Source: Macrostomum lignano
Taxonomy: Eukaryota
Assembly: GCA_002269645.1 (NCBI GenBank)
Contig: NIVC01000130.1
Span: 496,001 to 560,000, forward strand
Direction: 5' to 3'
Length of the DNA: 64,000 nt
Shown here: piece after piece, positions 50,912-61,587 of the stretch
Layout of the letters: each line of letters starts with the position of its first letter
How positions within the stretch are numbered: position 1 is the first letter of the stretch
Program-made: the position numbers and the translations under genes
Notes under the pieces: model-generated
Databases searched by the model: none
The model's input: only the letters and a program-made list of their open reading frames with translations
Told to the model about the DNA's origin: nothing

Positions 50912-50980
50912 CCGACTTCGAAACACCCAAGCCAACCGCCCTTTTTCGAGAACGACTTTTCGGTCAGCTACGAGATCAGC

Positions 50981-52156
50981 ATGTTCAACGAGCGAGACGA
51001 GAGCCGGAGTAGCAGCCGGCTGGATCAGCACATCAGCAGTTCGAGGCCTGCGGCAGCAGACGCCGCCGCGGCAGCAGCAACGACCGGTGACTTCTGTCAG
51101 AGGCCCGCGCCGAGGCGAAGTGTACGAAGCGAGGTGTCCGAGGACCCGCCAGATGAGCTTCTGCGAGGCTTGGATGACCTTGGCCAGACCGTCAGACCAT
51201 TGGACCTGAGGACCATGATGGCAGCGCTGCAGCAGCAAATAGAGCGACCGGTGAGTAAACAGATTAAGATTGTTAAATTTACTCCAAGTCAAGACATTCA
51301 TGTCTGGCTTGCCGCGTTCGAGCAGCGTTGCGAGATGGAGCGAGTCGTCGACCCGTTCGAGATGAAGCAGCACCTCATCGCGAGTCTAGATCTGTCTACT
51401 GCGTATCCAGCCCTGCTCAGCATGCATCTGCCAAGGTTCGCCAGCTACGAGGAGGTTAAACAGCGTTTAATCGAGCGATTTGCGCGCCATGGTGGCGCTG
51501 ATGAGTATCGAGAGCTTCTAAGGAGGCGTCAGCAAGGCAAGAATGAGTCCGTAGAAGAGTACGCTGATTCGCTGCGCACCCTAGGAGAGCGTGCATACCC
51601 GAGGATGCATCCCGAGGACCGCGAGAAGGAGCTGGCTGATCAGTTCCTTGCCGGCCTGCGGACAACCCCAGATTTGCGAGAACGACTGTATTGGGTGCGC
51701 CCAAACAACTTGCTTGCCGCAATTCGAGAGCTGCACCGTCTAGAAGGTGCCAGAGAGCTGGCCCAGCGCTCCGCTCAACCCCCGGTTAGAATGTTGGACG
51801 GGGAGCAGGACGCTCGCCCGATATCAGACGCCACTGCCCAAGCCCTGTTGGCTTTGACCGAAGTACTCGAGAAGCAGCAGAAGCTGCTCAGCGACTTGGC
51901 TCAGCGTGATCAGCAGCAGCAGACGAGCCCGCCGACGAAGGCCATGATCTGCTATGGCTGTGGTCAGCCAGGCCACCGTAACGCCCAATGCCCGCTCCGC
52001 CAGAACCAGGGAAACGGCCAGCCGGAGAGCGCCCACGGCACCGCCCTCCAAAGAGCCCAAGCCCCGGCTACTTGGCAGACTCCGAGAGGTCACGAGAAGA
52101 AGAGGATGTCGGCTGTGCAGGCGCCAGTGCCCAGTCCGACAGTCGCTCGTCAGTAA
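50981..52156 (+). CDS. gag: Gag (capsid plus CCHC nucleocapsid knuckle)
   Basis: 391-aa ORF; CYGCGQPGHRNAQC knuckle. Confidence 0.93.
   Translation: MFNERDESRSSSRLDQHISSSRPAAADAAAAAATTGDFCQRPAPRRSVRSEVSEDPPDELLRGLDDLGQTVRPLDLRTMMAALQQQIERPVSKQIKIVKFTPSQDIHVWLAAFEQRCEMERVVDPFEMKQHLIASLDLSTAYPALLSMHLPRFASYEEVKQRLIERFARHGGADEYRELLRRRQQGKNESVEEYADSLRTLGERAYPRMHPEDREKELADQFLAGLRTTPDLRERLYWVRPNNLLAAIRELHRLEGARELAQRSAQPPVRMLDGEQDARPISDATAQALLALTEVLEKQQKLLSDLAQRDQQQQTSPPTKAMICYGCGQPGHRNAQCPLRQNQGNGQPESAHGTALQRAQAPATWQTPRGHEKKRMSAVQAPVPSPTVARQ
52009..52015 (+). promoter_or_regulatory. Likely -1 ribosomal frameshift slippery site G GGA AAC
   Basis: X XXY YYZ heptamer in the gag frame just after the knuckle; pol is in the -1 frame and reads G-K-R-P after it. 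Confidence 0.7.
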
Positions 52157-55100
52157 GCGAAGCGGAGCCCGGAGGTTTCGTGGACACCTCCGATGATCAA
52201 AAAATCCATGCGCGTGAGGCTGATCCGTACGTCACCGGCCGATTGGCGGGCCGAGAAGTCCCTTTCCTACTAGACAGCGGCAGTCGGAAAAACTTTCTTG
52301 GAGCGTCGACCTGGGCCAATGTTAGACGTCGGATGCCTCGTTGTATTATATCGCATGCTATCCCGGATTGCGTGACCATGTACGACGGTACGCAGCTACC
52401 CCTTGCGTGTAAGGTGATCATCCCGGTGGAGTTCGGTGATGTCGTCGCGGACACCGAATTCCTGGTCACGGTCACCGATTGTGAAAATTTGCTTGGTATT
52501 AATTTCATGCGTGAGCACTGCCAGAACTTGGACTTCGCTCAAGGAATGCTAAAGTTCAACAATGGCGCGTGCATTCCCGTTCGATATTCGCGCCGTGAGC
52601 TTCAATCATGCCGGGTGTACACCTCCGAGAAGTGCACTCTGCCGCCGAGAAGCTCAGCGCTGTTGGCCGTCCAGTTGGATGTCGGCCACCCCGAGAACCG
52701 AGGATCGCCATCAATCGTCGAGCTGGTGAAGTCGAGACTGCACCCCAGCTGCAACACTCTGGAAGCAGCTCCAGCTCTGATGACGATGCCTGAAGGTCGA
52801 GGCTACATCGAGGTCGTCAACACTGCTGACTGTGAGGTGTTCCTGCAGTCGGGCATCCGCGTTGGTGTTGCGACACCACTTAGAACTGCCGACTTGATGT
52901 ACCTGGAAGAAACGCCGGAACCTGAAGTGCGACATTTGCCAAGGAGCCCTGAAGAGCCCAGCACAGCTTGGCTAGAGGAAGTCGAGATCAACAGCGAGCT
53001 GTCCGAAGAGCAACGACAGAGAGTGCGAGATCTACTAGTTGAGTGTCAAGCAGCCTTCTCGAAGCATCTGCTAGACGCTGGCCTGACACACCTGGTGACC
53101 CACGAGATCATCCTGAAGGATCGGACACCAGTTGCGCTACCACCGCGCAGGATCCCGCCTCATCTGAAGGACAAGCTAGACGCCCTGCTAGACGAGATGC
53201 TGGCGAAGCACATCATTCGCCCAGCTTATTCTAGCTACAACTCGCCAATGCTGATAGTGCCCAAGAAGGACGGCAACATCAGGCTGGTGCATGACTTCAG
53301 AGCTCTCAACGACAAGTGTGTGTATCACCCGTACCCGCTGCCGCACATTCAGGAGACCTTCGCGAAGCTGCGTGGTGCCCAGTGGTATTCTAGCTTGGAT
53401 CTCGCCCAAGGATTCTGGCAGATCCCGCTGCGCGACTGCGATCAGCACCTGACGGCGTTCTCTGTGATTGACCGCGGACAATTCTGTTTCAATGTTCTAC
53501 CGATGGGTCTCCACGATAGTCCAGGCAGCTTTCAGCGTTGTATCAATAAGCTCCTGGACGGCCTGACGCCAAAGACCGCGCTTGGCTACATGGATGACAT
53601 CGTGGTGCACTCTGTGACCTTCGAGGAGCAGCTGGACAACCTGCGGACTGTACTCCAGCGGATTATCGCAGCCAACCTCAAGGTCAAGCCGAAAAAGTGC
53701 CATTTGTTCCTCAAGGAGCTGCATTATCTAGGTCACGTCGTGACTCCCGACGGCCTGAAGACCTGTGAGGACAAGATTGCGCAGATCCGTGATTGGCCCG
53801 TGCCACAGTCCGTTACTCAACTGAGACAATTCCTAGGCCTCGCCAATTACTACCACAAGTTTGTCAACGGCTACGCTGGATTTGCTGCGCCGCTGCATGC
53901 CCTGACTCGAAAGGACATCGGCAGCCTGCGGCAGCATTGGACTGATGAGCACCAGGTAGCGTTCGACACGTTGAAGAAGAAGTTGTGTTCGACTGAAGTT
54001 CTCGCTCTGCCTGAGTTTAACTCAGATCCTGATGTGAAGTTTGTCCTAGACACTGATGCCTCAGACATTCGCATAGGCGCTTGTCTTGGACAACGGCAAT
54101 CCGACGGCGTCGAGCGCCCAATTGCATTCTTTAGCCGGAAGCTTCGTGATCCTGAGAAGCGCTACACGGTCACGAAGAAAGAGCTGCTTGCAATCGTGGA
54201 CGCGATGCGACATTTCCGTCATTATTTAATTGGCAAGAAGTTTGAAGTTCGTTCTGACCATCGGGCCTTGCTGTGGCTGCTGAACCAGACGCAGGTCACA
54301 GGCATCTTGGGCCGTTGGATTGAGCGACTGAGCGAGTTCCGCTTCCAGCTTCACCATCGCAAAGGCAAGGACCACGCCAACGCCGACGCCCTGTCAAGAC
54401 GCCCGGAGACACCACCGGTTGACTTCGAACATGGCCGACTGCTTGAGCATCCCGGTTCTGCAGCCCGACACGATGATGACACCAGCTTGGAGCCGGACTT
54501 GGACACCACCCGGAAGGCCACTGCAAGACCAGCCCTTTCGAAGAAGGTCCGCACTCGCAACAAGGAGGCCAAGACTGCCCTGGCCGAAGACCTGAAGGCC
54601 ACCGCGCCAGCAGCCCTTCAGCACGACGACCATCGCCGCAGTCAACGCCAGGAGACCGGTTTGGACACCAACCCGGAGGCCACTGACACCTCAGCCCTCC
54701 GCAGCGACGCCCACGCCGACTGCTGTTACTTGGAGATTCGCCCGGACAAAACCTCGGAGGCCACTGCTGACGTAGACTTCCTTGATGATGTCCAAGACTG
54801 CGGGTCTCGGAACCTGGAGACGCCCATGGACTACGACTCAGAGGCCACTGAACAAGCAGCCCTCCTGATGACAGCCCACAACGCGAATCCAGACCAGCAA
54901 TGTAAGTTCAACTCCCCGGAGTTTTGCGCTGAGAGTTCTCGCCGTGTTGACAGAGGCCAGACTCTCGCGACGGCTGCAAGGTCAACGCTCTGTCCCCCGA
55001 GCCGACAGACAGCTGCTCATCGCCTGTGCGGAAAGTCGAGTCCCCCTTTGCGACACCGCCCAGTGCAGGAGAAGACTCACCCAATGACGACGATGATCGA

Positions 55101-58100
55101 GCCGACGGCTACGGCTGCCTGCGACGAGGCGTGCTTCACGTGTTGCGTCTCGCCCTACAGCCAAGAGTCGCCTGGGCTGTGCAGTGGAGGCAAGTGCACT
55201 GCTCCAGCTGCAGAAATTCCTGTCAAGAGAGCGACGATGAGAACTTCGAAACGGGATCAGCGATCGTACGCCGACGTTGTGAGACAAAGTCCCTCGGAGC
55301 GACCTAATCCTGACGCCGACAAGACGGAGTCGCGTGATCAACGGCGAGCCACCGAAGCGGAGACTGCGGGAGTCATGACCCCTCAGCCATGCCGCGCTGT
55401 GCTCACGGATTTTCTGAGGTTGCCGATGACGCGGCAACAGTTTGTCGACGCGCAGCGCGCCGACCGAGCTATCAGCTACGTGCTCAATCTGGTTAAGAAC
55501 GAAGCCCCGAAGCCAGAGTTTGATGCCCGATTGCGCCTGTCGAAGGAGCAGCGGAACCTGCTCGGTTATTTTGAGAATTTGCGAGTGGAGGACGACTTGC
55601 TGATGATCGACCTGACTGATGGCCAGCAGTCCCGAAGGTTGTCCTGCCCGAAGCCCTCGATGCCCAGGTGCTCCAGGAGCTCCACAGTTCGCCACTGTGT
55701 GGACACCTAGGCCAGACAAAAACGCTGAAACGACTGCGAGAACGATTCTGGCGGCCCGGATTAGCCCGTGTCACCGAGAATTTTATCAGCAGATGCCGTG
55801 CCTGTCTCGAAAGCAAATCGCGAAGGCGAGACAAAGTTCCAGTTCAAAGCTTCCCAGTCTGCGAAGTACTAGGAAGAGTACACTGCGATGTAGTAGGCCC
55901 TATTGCCCAGAGGAGCAAGAGTGGGAACCGCTACATATTGACCTTGTGCGACGCGACGTCGAAGTACCCGTTCGCCTATCCGATGAGGAACCAGAAAGCC
56001 AAGACGGTCATCAAGATCCTGCAGGAGCGCTTGATCCCTGACTTTGGTGTACCATGCTGGATACACACTGACCAAGGAACCAATTTCACGGGCTCAGCCT
56101 TCAAGAAGTTCTGCGACCTGTTTGGCATCCGGCATACGACGACAACACCGTACAATCCAGCTTCAAATGGTCAGGTCGAGAACCTCAACAAGCAGCTGAA
56201 GAGCGTTCTCACCTGCCTCCTCGAGCGAAACCACAACGACTGGGACACCTTCCTTCCAGCCTGTCTGATGGCTCTCCGCTCTAGTGTACACCCGGTGACA
56301 GGATTCACGCCCCACTACCTGGTGTTTGGCCGTGACTTCCGACTGCCGATCGACAACGCGCTGAAGAAGCTGCCCGAGTATGCCGACTTGCCTGACTATG
56401 TCAAGGACTTCCAGCGCCGATTAGACGAAGCGACTGAGCTAGCTAAAGAACGCCTGCATCTGCATCAGCAACTTCGAGACGAGCACTACTCCAACCTGCC
56501 GAAGGCCAAGAAGCTCAAGCCCGGTGACCTGGTTTTCCTCAACAACCCGGTGCTCGAACCGGACGAGGCGGCGAAGTTTCATCGACCCCGCAAAGCACTC
56601 TACGAAGTCGTAAAACCCAAAGGCGAGGTAGTCTACAAGATTCGCCGTAGACTGCCCAACCCGCGAGCCCGACGGGATGAACTTGTTGTTCATCGCCGCA
56701 ACCTGCTCCACGTTCCTGACGCTGACTACGCGATGATTTCAGATCCCGAAGTCGAGAAGGCGAAGAAGCGCAGACGGCAGCCAGATGATCCTGACGGTGC
56801 AGGACCCGCGACCCTGCCACCGGTTCCCGAGGAAGAGCTCGAAGATCCCGATGACAACGAGGACGATGATGTGAGGCCGGCTCTCTGGTGGTACTTCCGG
56901 CCTCTGGCAATCCCGGAGGTGCAGCCAGGAGGTGGACCGAACACGACACCAGCGAACCAGGCAAGTGCACTTCGGCGTGAGCCAGTGCCGTATGGTGAAT
57001 GCCACTTGCGTGAGCCTGTTTCTAATGCATCTGTGCCTGCTGCTTCCTTTTCGCCCGTCCATGTCCCTACTCCCCCCGAACCTTTTTCTGCGGTACAGTC
57101 TCGTGTACCATCGCCATGCACCACTCCGGTGGAAGCGCCTGTAGAGCCTGTAGGTTTCGGTAGGCTAGCTAGGGATCGTAGGCCTCCAGAGAGGCTCCTT
57201 ATTAGCGACACTAGGCCGCAAACGTACGCTAGTCGCACCGCCCGCATGCGCGCACAAAATTTAACTCATTCCAGCGCAGAAATGCACCACTCGCGTCCAC
57301 CAAAGCGAGCTGACCGCTCAAGCTCCGATGAGCGAGAGCGACGCCGACCCCGACCGGCTTTCTGCTCAGCGTACCAAGGCCCCGCGATCGGAGCAGCCGC
57401 CGGGCAAATTGAAGGCGCCCCGCGACTGGCCGCAGCCCCCCGGGTCCACCCTCGACTCCGGTTGGGCCTGCAAGATCGTGGGAGATCCCAGACGCCTCGG
57501 CCAGGCCATCGGTCACCACCCCCGGAGCGACAAGACCCCGCCCCGGCTCGAACACGCCGTCCCCGTCGCCGACGCGGCAGGCGCGCAGTGGCCCCAGCCC
57601 AAGAGGTCATCGACCTCACCCGAGATTCGCCCCCGCAGGTTCGCCGGCTGAGGGATCCCGGGCCAAGCAGCGATGGACCCGCGACCCGTCACCTTCAGGC
57701 AAATAGCCCCGCCGTCCTTCGCACCAAGTTTTTGAAGCAGGCGCCCAATGACCTTCCCCAGCCTGCAATCAGCGGCATGCCACGGGTGTCCAGCCCGGCG
57801 GTGTTGAGCGAGCGACGGCCTAGTGCGGCCGACCCGACGGCCGGCGAGCGCCTGGAAGATCTCGACAGCAGTTCCGACTCCATTAGGCCAGCTCCCGAAG
57901 CATCCGAGCCGCCGAGTGAGACTGCAGCAGTGACCGCAGAGCCGACCTTGACCCCGGCCAACCGGTCTCCGCCACCGGTCGACATGGCTACGCAGACATC
58001 GGAGGCGGATATTTGGAGCGACGACGAGGCGACTTATTCGTGGAGCCAGCTTGCCGCGGAGCTTCAACAGGCTCTGCCCGTGGCCCCGCCGCCATCACCC

Positions 58101-58490
58101 GCCGTCCCGCCGCCGGTTGAAAACGCCGAAGCCCAAACAGATACGTCGTTGGACCCCCAGGAGGTCTTGCCGACTTCGGCCACCCTGGTCCAAGACGCGG
58201 CCGCTGACCTGGCCGGCTACCTGATCCGCGCCGCGAGAACTGGCGAATGGCCGGCCTTTGACGACGTCTTCTGGCCGTTTCTCCGAGCAGCACCGGACCG
58301 CATTCGCCAAGCTGTACTCGATATGGCGGCAGAAATCGCCGCCCCAGGCCTAGCCGCGGCACCCCACCCGATGACGGCACGGGCGGTCGCCCGCCAGATG
58401 GCTAGGGAAATGGCCGGGCACCCGCCGACCGTCCCGGAGGCCTTGGCGCGTCTCGGTCGACCTGCCGGTGAAGATCCTCACGGGCTGTGA
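52009..58490 (+). CDS. pol: Pol (aspartic protease, RT, RNase H, integrase, long C-terminal extension), interrupted by a 1-nt frameshift at ~55636
   Basis: LLDSGS protease; YMDD RT; LDTDAS RNase H; HHCC (LH-x6-GH...RCRAC); DDE core HCDVVGP / HTDQG / GQVENLN; GPY/F-like module. The frame switch joins DGQQSR to VVLPEALDAQVLQELH. Confidence 0.93.
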
Positions 58491-59075
58491 GACCGTCGAA
58501 CAATTGAAGTCTGCCGCGCGAAGCCCATGAGCCCCTTTTTAAACCTACCTAGGCCTCCCATTTGTCGGCTTGAATCCTAGTTTGCCCTTCTTATTTTCTT
58601 GCCGTTTTGCCGTTTTTGTGCACCCTATCTGGGTCTCACATGTCGAGATCGTCGTGGGCCGCGCTCCTTTCTCTCTTGCTGCTCACCCAACCTTTGCTCA
58701 TCACGCGTTTTGACCTCCCTTTTGTGCATGCTCCCAGGGCTCTGCCAATTGACTCCCGGCATCCCACCAACATATTTAGGCGCCTTCGCTTTGTTTTAAT
58801 AGTTGGGCCGGCGCCCCCGTCACTATTTCAGGAAGCTAATAGGGCGTCAGCTCGCATTTGAAATCCAAAGTTGGTTCAAACCTTCTGCTTAATATTACAG
58901 CATTTGCCGCTCAAGTTAATCAGGAATTCATCGTTTTACCAGTTTCAGGTACAATCTTTGCCAACCTTTTGTCACCAAATCTGTTAACGCCAAATATTTA
59001 TCATTTGTCTTAAGTACAATTTAACTTGTTTGTTTTAAATAAAGCGGCTACGCTTGCACTCCGCCTCATCATTTG

Positions 59076-59086
59076 AACGGGGAGAG
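59076..59086 (+). other. Polypurine tract
   Basis: AACGGGGAGAG immediately before the 3' LTR. Confidence 0.8.
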
Positions 59087-60258
59087 TGAAGTGAGCACTA
59101 GTTTAGTGTTAGGTGCCCCCTTTGTCAGCTGTGCCCTGCGCCCTCCTGAGCTGTTGGCTGCCGCTGGCCGCAGCTCTCCCTCCCTCTCTCCCTCTCCCTC
59201 TCTCTCTCCCTCTCCCACTCCTCTCTCTCCCTCTCCCTCCCTCGTTGTCCTTTTGTCTGCCTGCGCTCCCTTTTGTCCCCCCCTTTTTCCGGTTCGTTTG
59301 CGTTCCCAGCGTCTGAGCTTCTCCGCTCAGCCTGTCCTTGTTTCATTCTTTGTCTGTCTCCTTCCCCCCTTTTTGTGTGGCTGCGTTCTCTTGGCTCGAG
59401 TCCAGCCAGTTCTGGCTGTACTCTCTGTCTGGCCGTACGGGAGCGGATCACGTGCCCCGGCGCTCTGTCCTTTTCTTGCGCTGCCTTGTGCAATCTCGGG
59501 TGTCAGGCTCTAAATTAGGAATGGCGTCCTTGCCTCTCAAATTGAGGGTTCCGCGCCTGTTTCTAAAAATAGAACTGATTCACGCCAGATTGGGGGCAGT
59601 GAGAGCGGCCTCGCGCACTCTGGCGCAATGGGGTGTTGCACGGTATGGTGAAATCGATCCGCTACCCTATAAGTACGGGCCTCTCGTGCCTCTGTTTGGC
59701 AACCCCCCCCCGACCGCCCGACTGACCGCCCCCTCTGTGAAACCTCTCGTTTACCTGTGCGTTAATTCTTCTGATAACTGCTCTGTTGGAAGTCCAGCGC
59801 AGCTTGCGCTAGGCCTTAGCCAACCTATCTGATTTCTGATCCATCTGCGGCTGTGTGTCCTCGAGTGTGCTAAATCCCAACCGAACTAACAGAGACTAGC
59901 ACAGTTCCTCATCCCCACACTTGAGCCCGGCAGGACCGCTGACGAGGTGTGCACCGGTACAAACGGTCAAATCTGCACGACGTGCTGAGTTCTCGTGTCT
60001 CGTTTCTTTCGCTCAGCCCGGAGTCTCCCTCACCGAAGGACAAGATCCGAGCGAGCTGGTGGCAGCACTACCAACACTACCAAGGATTGCTAGAAGACTT
60101 CCTGGGAGAGTCTACCAAGAGCTCAAAGTAGGCAGCTCACGTGACTGACAGGGAAGTAGCCGGAATAACAGAGTACTTCACTGGTGGCAGCGGTGGGATT
60201 CAAAGACCTACCAGGCCACCTCTAGACGCTATCGAGGAAAGTTCAAGCAACCACTTCA
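59087..60258 (+). repeat. 3' LTR (1172 bp)
   Basis: Direct repeat of the 5' LTR. Confidence 0.95.
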
Positions 60259-60483
60259 ATAAACATATGCAGAAAAAGACAAAACAATTTCATGAAAATC
60301 TATATATCTGACCTATTAAGCAGGAAACGTTTGTTTTAGATAAACAAAACAGTTTTTTATATTTTATTTGATTTTCAAAAAATTGCGGTTTTTTGGTTAA
60401 AAAAACGCGAAAAAAGAATTAGAGAGCTTGGCAAAAAGTAGGAAAATAAAAAATGAATTTTTTTGTTTTTCTGAAGCAGAAAT

Positions 60484-61295
60484 TGTCACGTTATTTGATG
60501 TTGGCCGTGACCCTTAAAAGGGCCGTTTTAGTCCCAAAATAAGTTGAAGTCAACTTAGGCGAAGTGGATGGTGTAGCGGAGCACTTGGCGATAAAGGCAG
60601 GAACTGCCGTAGTTGTCTTTATTGTTAATATCAGTATTAAGTTTGGTTGTTACTGGCAATAAACAGACTATAGCTTTCTGGGCACTGGCGGCTGCAACAA
60701 TGGGTTGAATATAATTTGGATATGAAGTCAAGTGGCAGGCGAATGACACAATGGCGATGTGACGAGAGCAGTGGCTATGAGCACAGTGAAGGCAGTGAAA
60801 CGTAGTGGCGAGTTTGGCGTCGGTCGTGGCGTGAGACAGTCAAGTAAGTGTGTGAGCAGGCTGGCCCAGGCAGAAGGGCCGTGGTGAGAAATAAGGAGGC
60901 TCGAGGCAGCCAGACAAACAGATAAGACAGCTAAGAGGCAGCAGGGAAGAAAACCAAGAGAGGAGAGAGAGAGAGGAGAGTGGAGTGCCCGCCGCCAGGC
61001 GGGGGGTTTAATAAAAGAGCGCAGAGGGGGGTAGCGCGAGCACGAGTGATTTCATTGGCTGGCGAGAGAACTTAAAATTATCGATCGTGCCAATTTTATA
61101 CGGTCGCGAGAGAGGATAGCAAAATATACAGTGAATTAGAAATTGCCACAAAATCGTTGGGCACTACTACAAGTAAACGTCGCAATAAACAAATGGAAAA
61201 GTTTAGTTGAAACGGTGAAACTGAAGGGTTGAAACTATAGAGAAACAGCAGTCCAACGGCCCTTTTCGGGACCACCTTAAACTGACAACGTCACA
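60484..61295 (-). mobile_element. Solo LTR of a different family (812 bp)
   Basis: TGTCACGTT...AACGTCACA termini; 5-bp TSD GAAAT (60479-60483, 61296-61300); on the minus strand a CCAAT, a TATA-like TTATTAAA and a CT-rich leader occur in order. Confidence 0.82.
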
Positions 61296-61587
61296 GAAAT
61301 CAGTAAAATTCAAATAGGATGTTCAAAGTTATTGACATTCCACGATTGATTTGAAACTTTAACAGATGCAGATATATATTATTTAGTTGTGACAAATACA
61401 GAATCTTTTTAACTACAGCAACCAGTCAAAAATATGAAGACCGAGTTCTTGTTTTACATAAAATACTTTTTTTGCGAATCAATCAGCCAAATAACAAACT
61501 GCAAATGTTCGCTCGTGCCTCGTATGACTTAATAAGTTGACGTTTCTCTGAGGCCGCGTGAATGGGTAAATCGCCAAAAAAGTTTTT

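Larger units (their letters stand above)
49723..60258 (+). mobile_element. Full-length young Ty3/Gypsy LTR retrotransposon (10,536 bp)
   Basis: LTRs 49723-50892 and 59087-60258 with TGAAGTG...CACTTCA termini; the only difference noticed by eye is a C7/C9 run. 4-bp TSD ATAA (49719-49722, 60259-60262). Domain order PR-RT-RH-IN. Confidence 0.97.

Noticed and set aside
55630-55670. Programmed frameshift before integrase
   Set aside because: No slippery heptamer; a single-base deletion restores a normal pol.
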